The notes below the pieces were generated by a model. It ran no database searches and had not been told where the DNA came from. It saw only the letters and a program-made list of their open reading frames with translations. From the NCBI GenBank assembly GCA_011109175.1, contig RDEW01000078.1, positions 1 to 64,000 on the forward strand: a stretch of DNA of 64,000 nucleotides. The letters run 5' to 3'. This DNA comes from Dicyema japonicum (lineage: Eukaryota; Animalia; Dicyemida). The translations under genes were made by a program, and so were the position numbers. Shown here piece by piece: positions 50,326-63,118 of this stretch (position 1 is its first letter; the number at the start of each line of letters is the position of its first letter).

Positions 50326-51460
50326 TCATCCTGCCATGACCCTTTCTTTTTAATATCGCTTTGGTCAATGATTTCGAAAGTTAGTAATGGCGTTGGGAAA
50401 CCGAATGGTCGTTCCAAAAGATTTCTCTGTTAAAAAGATGTCAGGGGAAAAGCCGTCGCATTTTATCAGCTAAATTATTTTAATTGTCTTGTTTCGTAAT
50501 AAATTGTTTTCTCCCTTAAACTATTAAAAGATATACAGAATGAGTATTTAGTTGAATAGTTAAAACAAAATTAGTTTAAATCCAGTTTTTTTCAGTTATT
50601 GAACTGGCCCTATATAAATTATAAAACTTTAAAAACAATGCGAATTAGTAGATGGTACCTACAATCTTAGAAACTTTCGAGAGTTAAGAATTCTACTTAC
50701 GGAAGTCACTTAGCTTTTTTTCGCTTATCAAATTAAGCCTGAGTTGGTTGAAAGGGACCAGAAAATTTTTTAATGAAAAATTAAATCATTCTTAGACCGA
50801 TTGAACTTAGTTTATTAAAATAAAATTAACGAGTTCAAATTATCAAGTGCTCAAAAAATGACACTAAAGTTAGTGCGAACCTCTTTATTTCTTTTTAATT
50901 CTTGTTGACGGACATATAAAATGAAAGAAGCCTTTTTCATGTATTCTATTACATTACGATAATTTTTGAGACATGGTAATGTTTTAGTTAAGATCTGAGA
51001 TAATACTTTCTCCATTATTAAATTCAATTCAGTCATTCGTGAAATACTATCAAGCAGAAATACAACTTTTAGTCATCAATATCAGATACCAACAGATCAG
51101 ATGTTCATTTATAATATCGACTTTACATGCAACCGGAAAGAAGCAAATAGTTTACGACTAATTAAGTGTATACAGTTCCCAATGTTATAGTCACAAATAC
51201 ACAACTCCCTTAGGAGCCACATTTGTGTGAACCCCTCCAGAGATGACCAAGTTAAATGGGAAGAGAAGAGTGATCTCTTTCGATGCCTGAAGTCCTAAAA
51301 CTGAGTGCTTCTCGACACTGGTGGAATTATGAGGCGACGCTAATGAAGTGAAGAAACTGAAAATATGACAAGAATTTACGATCACATAGTGAATTAGAGA
51401 ATTTCAACACACAGACCATAGTCATATGAATAGAAAACTCACAAGCTCTTATTCTTCCAT

Positions 51461-51950
51461 CTCCAGAAGGACTCTGGAGTAGGTTGCAAAAGGCAAACGT
51501 GTCGGTGCAGGTGATGTCCCAGACAAGGGTGTAGGCTAGATGACACTAGCAAATCTTCGAAAGAATTCCAGCAATAGCATTGTCCAGGGCTCACTGAGAA
51601 CGAGGAATGCAGGGAAAGCTAATAACCACGGCTCTAGACTTCACGAGCATGGCCGCCGTCTTTGTCAACAGAGAATTCAGGTAGAAGTGTAGAATCCTCT
51701 TAACAGGATGTTACAGGACATTGGCGACGATAGCTATGCAGGGAGAGAAAAGTCTACTGGGTTGCGAATTTCAAGCCCTCCGAGTCTTACTGGCAGCGTG
51801 GTTTGCTTCCATGAGTAATCCTTGAACCAGACGTTGAAGATATGCTCCGCTGTCGTACGAATGATCCCGTTATCTGTGCGACTTGGTCACACAGGGTGAA
51901 ATAGAGAGTAGTCTTCAAGACATATGCAAGCCTCTGTACTTTTATAAACA
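51461..51950 (-). mobile_element. CRE-clade internal fragment
   Basis: QTTLPVRLGGLEIR and LVWDITCTDTFA motifs. Confidence 0.7.
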
Positions 51951-53459
51951 CCACTTGAGCCACTTAAATTTGGAATGCTTTGTAGGAGTTAACATGCAGG
52001 CGGTAACAATCAAAAAACGATGGAAAGCGTTTCGAACGGTCACATTTGCATGTCGGAGTACAAGTCGAAATGAAAGTGGAATTTGATGTTAACTAACGAT
52101 TAACTATTGTTGTTAGTTTACAAATAAAATTTGATTGTGTGAAAGAATTACATTATTGATTGTATTTCATAATAAAATTTTAAATTAATTTACTTAAAAT
52201 TACTTTGATGTGGTTGATAAATTCTCAATGATTTATGACAATAATTAACTATAGGTTCTTATCAATCGATGTGTCAATACGAACGTACATTCAGTAGTTG
52301 TTCTAACGGAAGAGAATTGAGAGAATCCTCGTTGGGCACAGACATGACATCGAAACTTGGGAAATTTACTCTCTGCAACTAACTGAAATATTAATCTGAG
52401 AGAAATCAAAGAAGACTTTTATATAAAAAAGAGATCACAACAATGCAAATCGGGAGATTAAAAGACCCTAGTATACTTTATCAGCGGATGGAGAGGAAGG
52501 ATATTCCGAAGATCGATGGAAACTTTCGAACAAACTGTGTCTTGACCCTATAACTCCAGTGAATTTTTCAATGTAATGTATTTAAAGGAAGAATCCACGA
52601 AATTCCGAGGAAGGCTAAGAATAACCTTTCTGGGTGTTCTCAACGCCAACCTAACAAAAATCATTGGTATCTCATCACAGAAGAAGGTAAACAACTAATT
52701 AAGTGTATCTTGACTAAATTCGTGGAAATACAAGTATTCCCAAACACAGTCAATTCAGATCACAGCTGCGGGAATCACTGAATTTTCCAGTGAAGTGGAG
52801 AGTAACCTTTTTGATGCTGTCCGATCACTGGAAATATAGATATAATCATATTAACTATCATAACATACATCATATTAACTATTATGTCAGATGATCCCCC
52901 TAGTTTTTAGAATTTCATTGGATCTTATTTTATCGGACACTTCAATCGTACATTGTACATGAATATCTGAAAAAATTCAGCGGTTTCAGATATCGTTAAT
53001 TATTCAATCAATTATGCCAAACAACAATGAAAAATATTAAAAAGCATTATCAACCTTCATAGAAAATCAATTAACCATAAAATTTTACAGTAACTGACAA
53101 AACAAAAATCATAAAAAGCGATATGTGGTTATTATAATAAAAAAATTCATTTCAATAAAAAATAAAATTATTCCAAAAACCAGGGTAAAATCAAAATAAC
53201 AACTCATTGATCCTGAAGCGATCCAACAATCTCAGAACTTGCCTCCAGGCAACGAAATTATTTCCGGTGGAAAGAATTGCTAGTACTTTTCAATGCTGGC
53301 CATGCATTAGACGTCTCATTCGTAAGGTGGATCCAATGACGCCATCAGAGAAAAGGAAGATAATTTTTAAATTAATTATCCACATAGGACAACATGACGG
53401 CACGTGGCTTTATGTTTTCCAATGAAATGCGTATTAAAAATGATTCAATAATTATTATT

Positions 53460-54380
53460 ATTATTTAAGCCAAAGAAACACCGTCTTAACTAATAACTAA
53501 TATTCAAGAGAATTCGGTTGTTTGTGCTTTTCGTGATAAGAATGTTTAGTGACCTGATTCGATTACTGACCTCTCGTGAACGATGTATCATTCTCTTAAG
53601 GTTGTTTCTTTCCATAATTATTTTTTTTTTGAATCGTATTTCAATTTTTCGTTTTTTGTATATGCTTTTCTGATAAAAATATTTATCGCGTCAATGATTG
53701 TTTTGTTGAAATAGTATACAGCTTTGTTTATGGAGGAGAAATTTTCTGGGTGGAAATGTTGCAGTTTTGAATCAACGAAATTTGTAAAGCCAGTCCAATT
53801 TGCATTTATGTAAACATAGAAATGAATAGGTTTCGGTACAAAGCGTGGCTCGCAGTTCAGCTTCATTATCAATAAATGGTGGTCGCTCCGAGGTCATAAG
53901 GGACCATCCAATTAATGATCGGGGAAAAACGAGGTGAGCAGACGGATAAGTCCGGAGATGTCACAATGTCCACATATTGTATGGTGTCCTAGTGTTCTTT
54001 TTCGGGTTGTTGATGATTATTAAGTTTCGCATTTAGGATAATAGCAGGTTTTCTCTGTTATCAGCTTGACTCCAAGGACAGTGGGGGACCTTGTCATTGG
54101 GATCCGAGTGGGACCAATAAAGATACTCGGTTCATCCTTAGAACGACGGTCCGAAGTGAAAGTGAAACAGATTTACTTGGTTGCAGAAATTGTAAGTCGA
54201 TTTCCAACAATCCAATCGTGGAGAGTGTTCAATTTTGCCTGAGTTTTAAAGGATGCGACTTGTGTCGAGCGGTTCCGTATTGCAATGACTACATCGTCTG
54301 CGTAGGATAATAGCAGGGAATTTTCGTCTCCATTATTAGGTAGGTCGTGTAGGAATAGGTGAATAGAACTGGTGAAAGTT
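53460..54380 (-). mobile_element. Rearranged APE-type LINE fragments
   Basis: RT piece SPVLF..DL..SLLLSYADDVVIA (54160-54380) lies next to APE and post-APE remnants (ANWTGFTNFV). Confidence 0.7.
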
Positions 54381-54389
54381 ATAATATTA

Positions 54390-55495
54390 TTATTAATAGC
54401 ACTTTCGAAAAACCAAAAATGTAATTTATTTATTTAAGGTTCCGCTTGTGCCGTTTTTTCTTCAGGTTATTTTATCTTCCACAATTCTCTTGACTAACTT
54501 CCTCCATGCTCCGCGGTTACAGGCAGTTATTCCGAGCGTATCCAGATCATCTCCAGTTTTCAGCTTTCGTCCTACATTGGTCAGGTCCTTGTGTAGAACC
54601 TCTGGCAAAGTTATGCGAGGTTTTCCACGGAACGAGGTACTATACTTCTGGGCAGAAATAGTTATCCATTGCTATTTTAGCAGGCGTCATCTGGCTCATT
54701 CGAAGGATGTGACCAAACAGACGCCATCTTGATTCCAGGATATCCAGACTCAATGGTCTTGTATTACATACTTTGTATAGATTCTTGATGTATTTTTTTG
54801 GCCAGTTGATGCCAAGCAACAGTCGGAGTTGTTTACGATGGAAGGCATCTAGTTTGTCCATTACCGCTTCTGAGACACCCCAGGTTGCAGCGTTGTACAT
54901 TAGGACTGGTTTCACGAAGGCATTGTATAGTCTCACACGTAATTGTGTGCTAATTTGTTTACGATTATTCCAGACTACTCCCATTTTTCTAAAGGCCGCG
55001 ACGGCCAACATCTTCCTGTTAGTGATATCCTCAGCGTCTCCGAGCAACGACCCCAATTTTTTACAGTATCTCCATTTTTCATCAGTTCGGGTAGTTCACG
55101 GCGTATGGTAGTTGTCTCTGTCTTTTCCGTATTGATTTTGATGAACCATTTTTCTACGACATCTGGCATCTTTGTCCGTATATAGTTTAATGTTTTCTCG
55201 TTGCTGGATATATAGTCGATATCATCTGCATAAATCACTTCAGTTTGAGGTAGATCGCCAATTAATAGTCTGAAGTCTCTGAGTGCCGCCTCCAGATATG
55301 TCACAAAAAGTACCGATGACAAGGAATCTCCCTGCGGTACCCCGAACGTTGTCTCGAATGGGACAGACTCCAAATTTCCAAAACGTACACTTAGATGCGT
55401 TGTTCCAAGTAATAGGCGGATCATTCTGACACTGTCCTCGTCAACCAACTTCTCCAAGATATTCAAAAGTCTCCCTCTGTGTATAGAGTCAAAGG
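54390..55495 (-). mobile_element. RTE-like LINE, 5'-truncated (RT domain to 3' end)
   Basis: FDSIHRGRL, GVPQGDSLSSVLF, IYADDID, KINTEKTE, LGSLLGD, RVRLYNAFVKPVLMYNAATW, RWRLFGHILRM. Confidence 0.92.
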
Positions 55496-57200
55496 TGAAA
55501 GATCCCGCTAATAGTGAAAGATCCCGAAGAAAAGCACGAAAAAGACATGTGTGCAATAGAGCCACGTCACCAGCTCAACCAAAATGTTATAATGTAATAA
55601 TAAAAATATTGATTGAACTTATTTTTGCCCTTGGTCTTTGGAATAATTTTTATTTATTTATTTTAAAAATTATTTTATTTTATGGTCAACATATTATTAT
55701 AATAAAAGTTTTTGCTGCCACGTTGTACCACATTCTAGTGGTCGAAATTTCTCTATTACATTGTTTTCTATTGACTGCAGATGTTCTTCATTTATTAATT
55801 TATCTTCAAATGTATTTAAATCAGCCTATAGTGTGGTGAGCTGTTATCAAGATGTTGGAAATATTTTGGTGACCACAAATAAGATTTTTCTTTTCTGCAC
55901 TATTGACTGATTTGATTATTATTTCTTTATTGGAAGAGAAAATATATTTCTCGAGGCATTTACTCACTGAAGATGAAGCCTGTTGATTCATCCGGCAAAA
56001 AAATTTTATTTTTTCATTTATTTTTACAGTACGAAAACCTTGTTGGAATCCTTGTTTGATGGAGATACGATTAAACGATCAAGTTCACAAGTTCTTTAAT
56101 AATTTTTTATAGCGTACATGTGATGGAGATAGCATATATGAAGAGGATCCCTTCTGTTTTTTATCCTTCAATATTGGTTTGTTATGCGAGTTGCTAATCT
56201 ATAATCAAAATAATGGCTAACCTCCCAAATCATTGTTTGATCTACGAATAGCATCTGTGAATGACGGCTTTTAAATTCCTACAATATCAAATCCACGTAT
56301 ATACTAATTAATAACAAATAACCTCAATTGTTGTATTCAATTTTTTCACAATTTGCTCTATCCAATCCTGTAACCCTTACTCTTATAGATCTTCTATGTC
56401 CAGACGGTTCTCTCTGGGATTACTACAACGTTTACGATATTTAATATCCTGCCTTGATTCCCTCTCGTAGATACCAACGATATAAACACAGACGATCTTT
56501 TATTGTAGAGTTATGCTATGTTTTAGTCGATATAGAATCTTTTATTTGAATTTATTTACAAGATATGGGGATAGGATGTTCAGAATATTATTTACTCAGT
56601 GGTCTATTCATGATTCAATAATATTGGACCATCTCTTGGGAGTCTCCTGCAAAAGCCCACATATTGTTGGATCGCCCTGTTTGAACTTCTTTCAATAATT
56701 ACTGTCCTAGTGAGAATAGTAAAAACTAGGAAAATGCCAGATTCCTTCCGATTGTCAATGTGTATTCACAAATTCTTTTCTATTGTTATTGTGTATAAAC
56801 CTCTGTCTTCCAGACATTTCATCCACCAGATTTAATTGGACCAGATAATTCGAAATCCGATTTGGTTATTAAAGGTATCGTTAACAAAACTTGGAGAATG
56901 AATCAAGTCCAACCAAACGCCAGGCATGTTTCTCATTCTCGTCAGCATAATGACGCTTAGCGAACGTACGCAACTAAATCCCGGATGATTTAAAAAATAA
57001 AATATCAGACTTCTATTCTGAAAATCAAAATATGTTGCCAACCTTGAAAAATTCCATATATTCTTAGTGTCAGGTATAACACCACCCATCTGAGTTAAAG
57101 AAGGCTTGTATAAATCCGATATTATGAACCTGATATTCTATATTTTTTAATAAAGATGGTTATTGATTTTTCTAAATTGATGAACTTTCCCCAAATCATT

Positions 57201-57582
57201 AAACTAATTTCGGAAGTTATGGGAAATTCTTCAGGGAGAAAAGTAATTTGTGAATCAAGCTCCTGCATTTACCAAACAATCTTTTATTGTTTATTAGTCA
57301 GAATGTGACAATAATAAGAATGAAACTAATTTCGGAAGGAATGGGAAATTCTTCGGGAAGTAAAGTAATGCATATGAATCAAGCTCCTGCAGAAATTCTC
57401 CGGGAAGAAAAGTAATTCATATGAATCAAGCTCCTGCAGAATTTGTCCTGGAAGTAAAGTAATGCATATGAATCAACCTCCAGAAGAAATTCTTTGAAAA
57501 GAAAAGTAATGTATGTGAATCAAGCTCCTGCAGTTAGCAAAACAATTTTATATTGTTTATTATTAAGAATGTGACAATAATT
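57201..57582. repeat. Compound tandem repeat: four 47-bp units nested in the second copy of an approximately 120-bp duplication
   Basis: Unit GAAATTCTTCGGGAAGTAAAGTAATGCATATGAATCAAGCTCCTGCA. GAATCAA recurs at 57376, 57423, 57470 and 57517, and once near 57252. Confidence 0.9.
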
Positions 57583-57819
57583 AGTTATTAATAAAGTTAG
57601 TTGTTATTACATGTTTTATGGCTTTCTCATGCAATTGGTGTTACATATCATCATCGCATCCCAATGTTCTGTAAGAGACGTCGTGGTACTTTTTCCTTTT
57701 AGAATCTTTAGCAGTTTCCTCTCCGGAACCCGGGTACAACATTTACTTGACCAAATTCGAGAAAGATGCCGTGCACATACAATCTCAAGATCCACCTTCC
57801 TTGGCTTTTTGCAAGGCTA

Positions 57820-58290
57820 CGCTCTTGTCATCTCTTCTGTCAAGACCACTGGTTCCAGAAGGCAAGTAACGTCTTCGATAGCCCTCCATCGATTTTAACA
57901 TGACGAAGGAATCTTTCTTCACTGCGTCTGTATGAATAAGAATGTACTCGTTTCCTATGAACTATCTCACCGCATCGGTGACGGTGTTTAAAGCAGAATT
58001 CAAGGCTAGCCGAAGAGCAAATTCGACGCGGATTGTATTCCCATCACAGCACTAATTCCACGTAAGGATAAGGCATTGAGCTAGGACACGAATTCTGAGA
58101 AAACGCCGCATTTAGACATTTGCTACGATGGGTATCTACAAATCTTCCACAAGATTGAGTTGGTCAAGGCAAGGGATGACAGGTAGCATGGAATGGGCAA
58201 ATCGACAGAAGACATAAAACCATTACCCCAAACCTTATCAGGAGATTTCCGGCCAAAATAGTGTGTGATCCCCAAATGTGAGATTTAGTA
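57820..58290 (-). mobile_element. CRE-clade fragment (zinc-finger region preceding the RLE)
   Basis: LNAL...FALRLAL..HRCGEIV..RFLRH..LEPVVL-type motifs, degraded. Confidence 0.5.
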
Positions 58291-58409
58291 CCTATTCCAG
58301 GTCTAAGTGCTGTTTTTATTATTAATCAAAATTTATTGTTGAATTATTAAATTTGTTTCAATCAATATTTATTTACTTTTAAATTGCATAGCTTTAAGTG
58401 CCATCCAAA

Positions 58410-58845
58410 TCTGAATTAACGGTAAGAGGAGACGGAAAACGACCAGACGGAATGAAATTTTTGCCATTCGAGGAGGGGAAGTCTTTGTTATGTGATGCTA
58501 CGTGCTTCGACATCTTTGCTTATCCAACATCGAAGGGAGCGTGGTAGACACACTGTATGCCGTGTAATAAACAATTAGAGCAAGGGAGGAAACATACAAA
58601 GCGTTGAACAATTGGTTCACGTTCTGTCCCATTGTAGTTGAGACAACAGGAGGAATAAAAGAGAAATCGCTTAGTTTCCTATAGAAACTGGGACGCCTAG
58701 TTACACTAAAAAGCCACGACGCAGCGGAGACTCGGTGGCTTTTTCAGTTGATCTCTGCTGCGACCGTGAGAGACAACACAACGTCGATTATGTCAGTGGG
58801 GATTATTTTTGATTGATTTTTGTTTTTGATAAATAAATTCATATT
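58410..58845 (+). mobile_element. CRE-clade 3' end
   Basis: [29 protein letters not shown]...FCPIVVETTG..WLFQLIS. Confidence 0.85.
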
Positions 58846-58974
58846 TCAATTATAAAAAATTAATTGTAATAATAGAAAGATGAATTCTGATTTTAAAGTC
58901 GATGACTGTCAATCAATCGACGCTATTAATGAGTAAGAATTGTTTATAACAGTGAGTAAGATTTTTTTAAAACA

Positions 58975-59225
58975 AATTTATTATTAGGAAACATGAGTAG
59001 TTAATTACTGAGTCCAGCGGATATGATCGAGTGGCTGTTACCTCTGACTACTGCCAGGGATATCCTTCGGAAAAGCCACTCGGTTTCCCGACGCTCCCTC
59101 GAGGCTTTGGTCAATAGACACCCAAGTGCTCCAAGGAAAGAGACTGTCTTGGGGCCAAAGACTCCGCTCGTCTCGACGACCACTGGCTGTATATGGTAAC
59201 AGTTTAGGAGGCTGCTGTATTTTTT
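58975..59225 (-). mobile_element. CRE-clade 3' end, tail-to-tail with the previous copy
   Basis: KKYSSLLNCYHIQPVVVETSGVFGPKTVSFLGALG..RETEWLFRRISLAVVRGNSHSI. Confidence 0.88.
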
Positions 59226-59244
59226 TATTTTTGAGTTTTCATAA

Positions 59245-59640
59245 GTAAGATTTTATATCTCAGTGATACATTTACAACAGCGAATTTTGAAGCTACAAAG
59301 TAGAAGATCAGAATTAATCACCTGTGCATAGAAAATAAAAGGTTATAATGGGAAATTGAAATTTTGGAAAAAACAGTTTGAGAATAACAATCTGGCATCA
59401 CTGTCATCATTTGAATATTTTAACAACAATAACCGTAAATCGGAGTTCATTGGTGCATGCACTGCTCATCCTGATGGTCTTATTGTAGACTTTGAGAAAA
59501 GATTCAATCACTTTTTAAATATGGATTATCCACTCTGGTTTGCAGACCTAAAATTATGAACCAGAAATAAAAATCTTGAGTAGTTTGAAATGCTGTTAGA
59601 TTTGAAAGAAAACGTAAAACTAAGAACAAGAGTTGATAAA
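59245..59640 (+). mobile_element. hAT (Buster-type) transposase internal fragment
   Basis: NLKLQ..KIKGYNGKLKFWKKQFENNNL..HPDGLIVDFEKRF..YPLWFAD. Confidence 0.7.
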
Positions 59641-60129
59641 GGTGTCCAGAGTAATCTAACACTTGTTAAAGCTCAATGTTGTATGTATATGGCACCATAA
59701 CTCGCGGATAAATGTACGGATTTTAATTTAAAAAAAAGTTATAAACAAATAAAAACAATGTCGAAAAAGTGAGTTGACCAGATATATTTTGATCAATATT
59801 AACCTGTCAAAAAGCGTGACCTTCAATGCTAATTTTAAAAACTCCACTTTAATCATTTCTGGGCACTAATACAAGATCTCAAAGATCGGGAGATAGGTGA
59901 TAATGAGAGACAGCTCATGTGGTTAAAACAATCAAATCTTAATATTTTAAACTGCTAATTTAAACACTTTTTTTACATATGGAATATTAAAATACTTATT
60001 TAAAATCACCTTAGCACTTAAAATCAAACTAGACACCTGAGTTATCGTATCACATATTTACGTACTACGTTGAGTTTTAATAAGTATACAAATCCTGGCT
60101 GTGGAGGTCTCAGGATAGACTTCAGCGTC

Positions 60130-60355
60130 GTTTGTCAAATAATCGAAGCTCGCGGCAGACCCTAGACCACATACACGCGGAACGTGCGCAGGTGTTTTTG
60201 CACCCACCTTTGAGACGTCTATTTTCTTTTGCGCGACGCTGGGATTCTAGGGAATCTGATTTCTACACGATCAGGAGACCTTTGTGAGCGCAGCTGGTTA
60301 TGTGAGCGAATCTCGCTCGCCACGCAGAAAGGGAGGCCGTTATATGACCATTTTT
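60130..60355 (+). mobile_element. CRE-clade 3' remnant
   Basis: GC-rich patch ending ERSWLCERISLATQKG. Confidence 0.55.
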
Positions 60356-60569
60356 TCACTTTTATCAAAATAAATTGATTTATCTCTTTGAACTTATCTA
60401 GTATTGAAAGTACTGAAGGAGAATGGACAGCGAGTAATTTTAACATTATACGTTTAATATTGGAAGATTATCAAATAGTTATAATTAAATAAATATAATT
60501 TAAAAATAATATTAATTGGTGGTGTTGATGGCAACAATCTATGTAGGTTTTTGATAAGACAATTCCCAG

Positions 60570-60890
60570 TCACAGAGAGCCTATCGTTTTACAAAAGTGA
60601 GTGAGAACACGAGTGATGAAAATATTGATAACTTTTGGAAAATAGAATGTTCCCCAAGTTTTGGGAAAGTAAACACAATTTTAAAACATTCATAGAGAAT
60701 CTATCATTAAATTTATGGTCGCACGTAGTCACCGGAACCTTAATGAAGCGTTTAGGATAAAATGTTGTCAGAGATGTCCTTAGTCTCTCTTTGACCACAA
60801 AGAAGATTTTGTACAAAATCTCAAAAAAATTGAACTCCGTTTCCAATTTTTTATCTGAATACCATAGTAGTACTATACATGCTGACATTG
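60570..60890 (-). mobile_element. Possible Merlin/ISXO2-like transposase remnant
   Basis: FFVVKERLRTSL...YQYFHHSCSHS resembles FxxVxxRxxxTL...YxHxxVNHS. Confidence 0.3.
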
Positions 60891-63118
60891 CTCTATCTCT
60901 TTTGACAATTTAAGGTAAATTAAAATAAATATAAAAATTGACTATTTCAAAATAGAATAACCAACAAACGGAAAGATATACATCCCCCGTTTTTTAAGTT
61001 ATGGACTCTACATTTGGTTTGTATTATTGCTTCTAAGAACTGCGACGAATTGCAAATACGTGTCTTTTGAAAGGTCTTGATAAACTATAAAATATGAACC
61101 ACAAAGTAAGCCTTGTCTGCAAAAAAGAAGGGACTATTAAATATGCAATTTTTATTGTCTGGCCACTTTTTCAAAAAAATTAGAAGATTTATATTTCTCA
61201 CTAATATCGTTATTACTGTGTATAGAATGGTCAACTGGTGACACTACAAACTAGAATGTATGTTGGGGGAGGTGTAGAAAAAGGTTAAAAAGCAATGATC
61301 GTTGGAGATAGTGTTCTGGTATGAATGTACTATCATCAGAAAGTATAAATGTGAAACATTATCTAACCCTCTATTGCAAAGAGAACTTGAGTAAAATAGG
61401 TGACAAACCATCATTGCATTAATATTATTGGATAGGGGCTTGTGAAAGAAATGCGAGAATTATTGGAAACAATCTGATGACTTGAGAATAAATATACGGA
61501 CATATAGAAAATGTTGATCACATTGTATTAGATGTATCAATTGAGGACAATAAAGATTTGGGTTATGCAATAAAAGCAACTTCAAGCAGGTAGACCTACG
61601 CAAGTCAAAATCAAATAATCGAGGAGGAGAATAAATAAAACAGATCAGAGATGAAATATAAAAAGTTTTATATTGACATTGAGAGGTTAACCCGAATGGA
61701 TGATATCCCACTAACGTTTATCGACTATATACGAAATGGTCTGTGTTGAATAAAAATTCTAAAATTCTGAAATTGCTGGCATAATTTTTCACATAACAAC
61801 AATTTGAAAAAAAAAATTGAAAGTTTAAGAAGAGAAGAATTGGAACAGGGGCTGAGGAGAAAGTATTAACTAATGCCTTGGATAGTCAAAACTTTAATAT
61901 TAAAAGTTCCTTCACAGAGTTTTGTCAAATGATTTTGTTGAAGAAGACTGCATCATAGGTGTTAGAACAAAGAGAGAGGATTAATGGAAGAGACAAGATA
62001 TCAATCATTAACAACAACATATTTTGTTATCACCGAAAGATTAATTAAAGACAAATTCTTCCAATGTTCCCGACGATAACACGAACACTCTAATACAAAA
62101 GTCAATAAAAATGACTAAAGCTGTTCCAGGACATGTGAATAACTTCCAAGACACTGTCACATACGCCTAAGTGGAACGACGGACAAAGGTGGAGATATCC
62201 CCCTTTTACCAGCTGTGGAATCTGAATTTGGTTTGGATTATTGGTTCGTTCGAACACATGAGATTTTCGAAAGATGTCATATTACTAAGCGGATGCACCA
62301 TTAGCGTATGAAATTGATGAAAATGATAAAATACATGACAAATTCGATGACGTTTTTGCATGTTAAAAATAATCTTATTCTCAAAATGGAGTAAGGATTA
62401 AGGAAAGAGTAGTCACATACAGGAAGAGAAGATGACTAAAATAGATTTTAAAGCAAACGTGCTATTACGAGACCACCTAAAAAGTAAACGTTTAAAGAAG
62501 CTGGATGTCATGTTTTTTGTGCTACAGAAATTATCTGATCAATTATATTGAGAATAATCCAAACTTGGGCTCTTAGAAATGACACCTCTGTAAACCCAAC
62601 ATCTTTGTGTGTTGTAAATCCAGGATTCGTCTTACAAATTCGATTACCTAACTTATGAAACAATTTTTGTGTGGAGTATTTCCCAAAGTGTTCCACCTCG
62701 TCCTTTTCTCAGCCAATTTGATCGTCTTCGATATGATCTGAATTGATATTCAGTAACTTCTCCATTTGTCACAATTGTGATCATGAAAGACAGCTAAACG
62801 TCAATTATGTTGTCGAGATACAATTTTGATTAATTTTTGCTATTTTTACTCAAATTTGAAACTAATTAAGTGCATCAAGTTCCCATTGTCACGGAAACAG
62901 AAGCATCACAAATAATAAATATCACCAAGAACCACCATATAGATGGAAGACATCCATTTGGTGTTTCAATGCATCACAATAAAAAATAATATTGATGACT
63001 CGAAGTGTAAAAAAAATTTAAAGTAAAAAAGATAAGAGTATTTTTTTTAATTCTGGATTTTTATATTAATTTTTTAATTTGGGTTTTATTAATTTTATAT
63101 CAATAATTTTTGAACATA

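Larger units (their letters stand above)
52954..57120 (-). mobile_element. Long Ginger2-like integrase element, copy B, interrupted by about 2.1 kb of LINE pieces (53453-55595)
   Basis: 52954-53452 plus 55596-56900 are collinear with 9968-12360. Motif RHYADENEKHAWRLVGLDSFSKF..TIPLITKS lies near 56860-56965. Confidence 0.7.

Noticed and set aside
51190-51390. Alternative genetic code suggested by several in-frame TGA codons
   Set aside because: The intact protocadherin and LRR frames translate cleanly with the standard code and use TGG for Trp. The stops occur only in decayed sequence.
54448-55839. Plus-strand ORFs in the supplied track (also 8927-9169, 23601-23810, 38423-38701, 49099-49428)
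   Set aside because: They are antisense shadows of TE or other coding frames.
61200-62450. Purine-rich coding-like stretch
   Set aside because: Stops occur in all frames, with no recognisable motif or consistent micro-intron solution.
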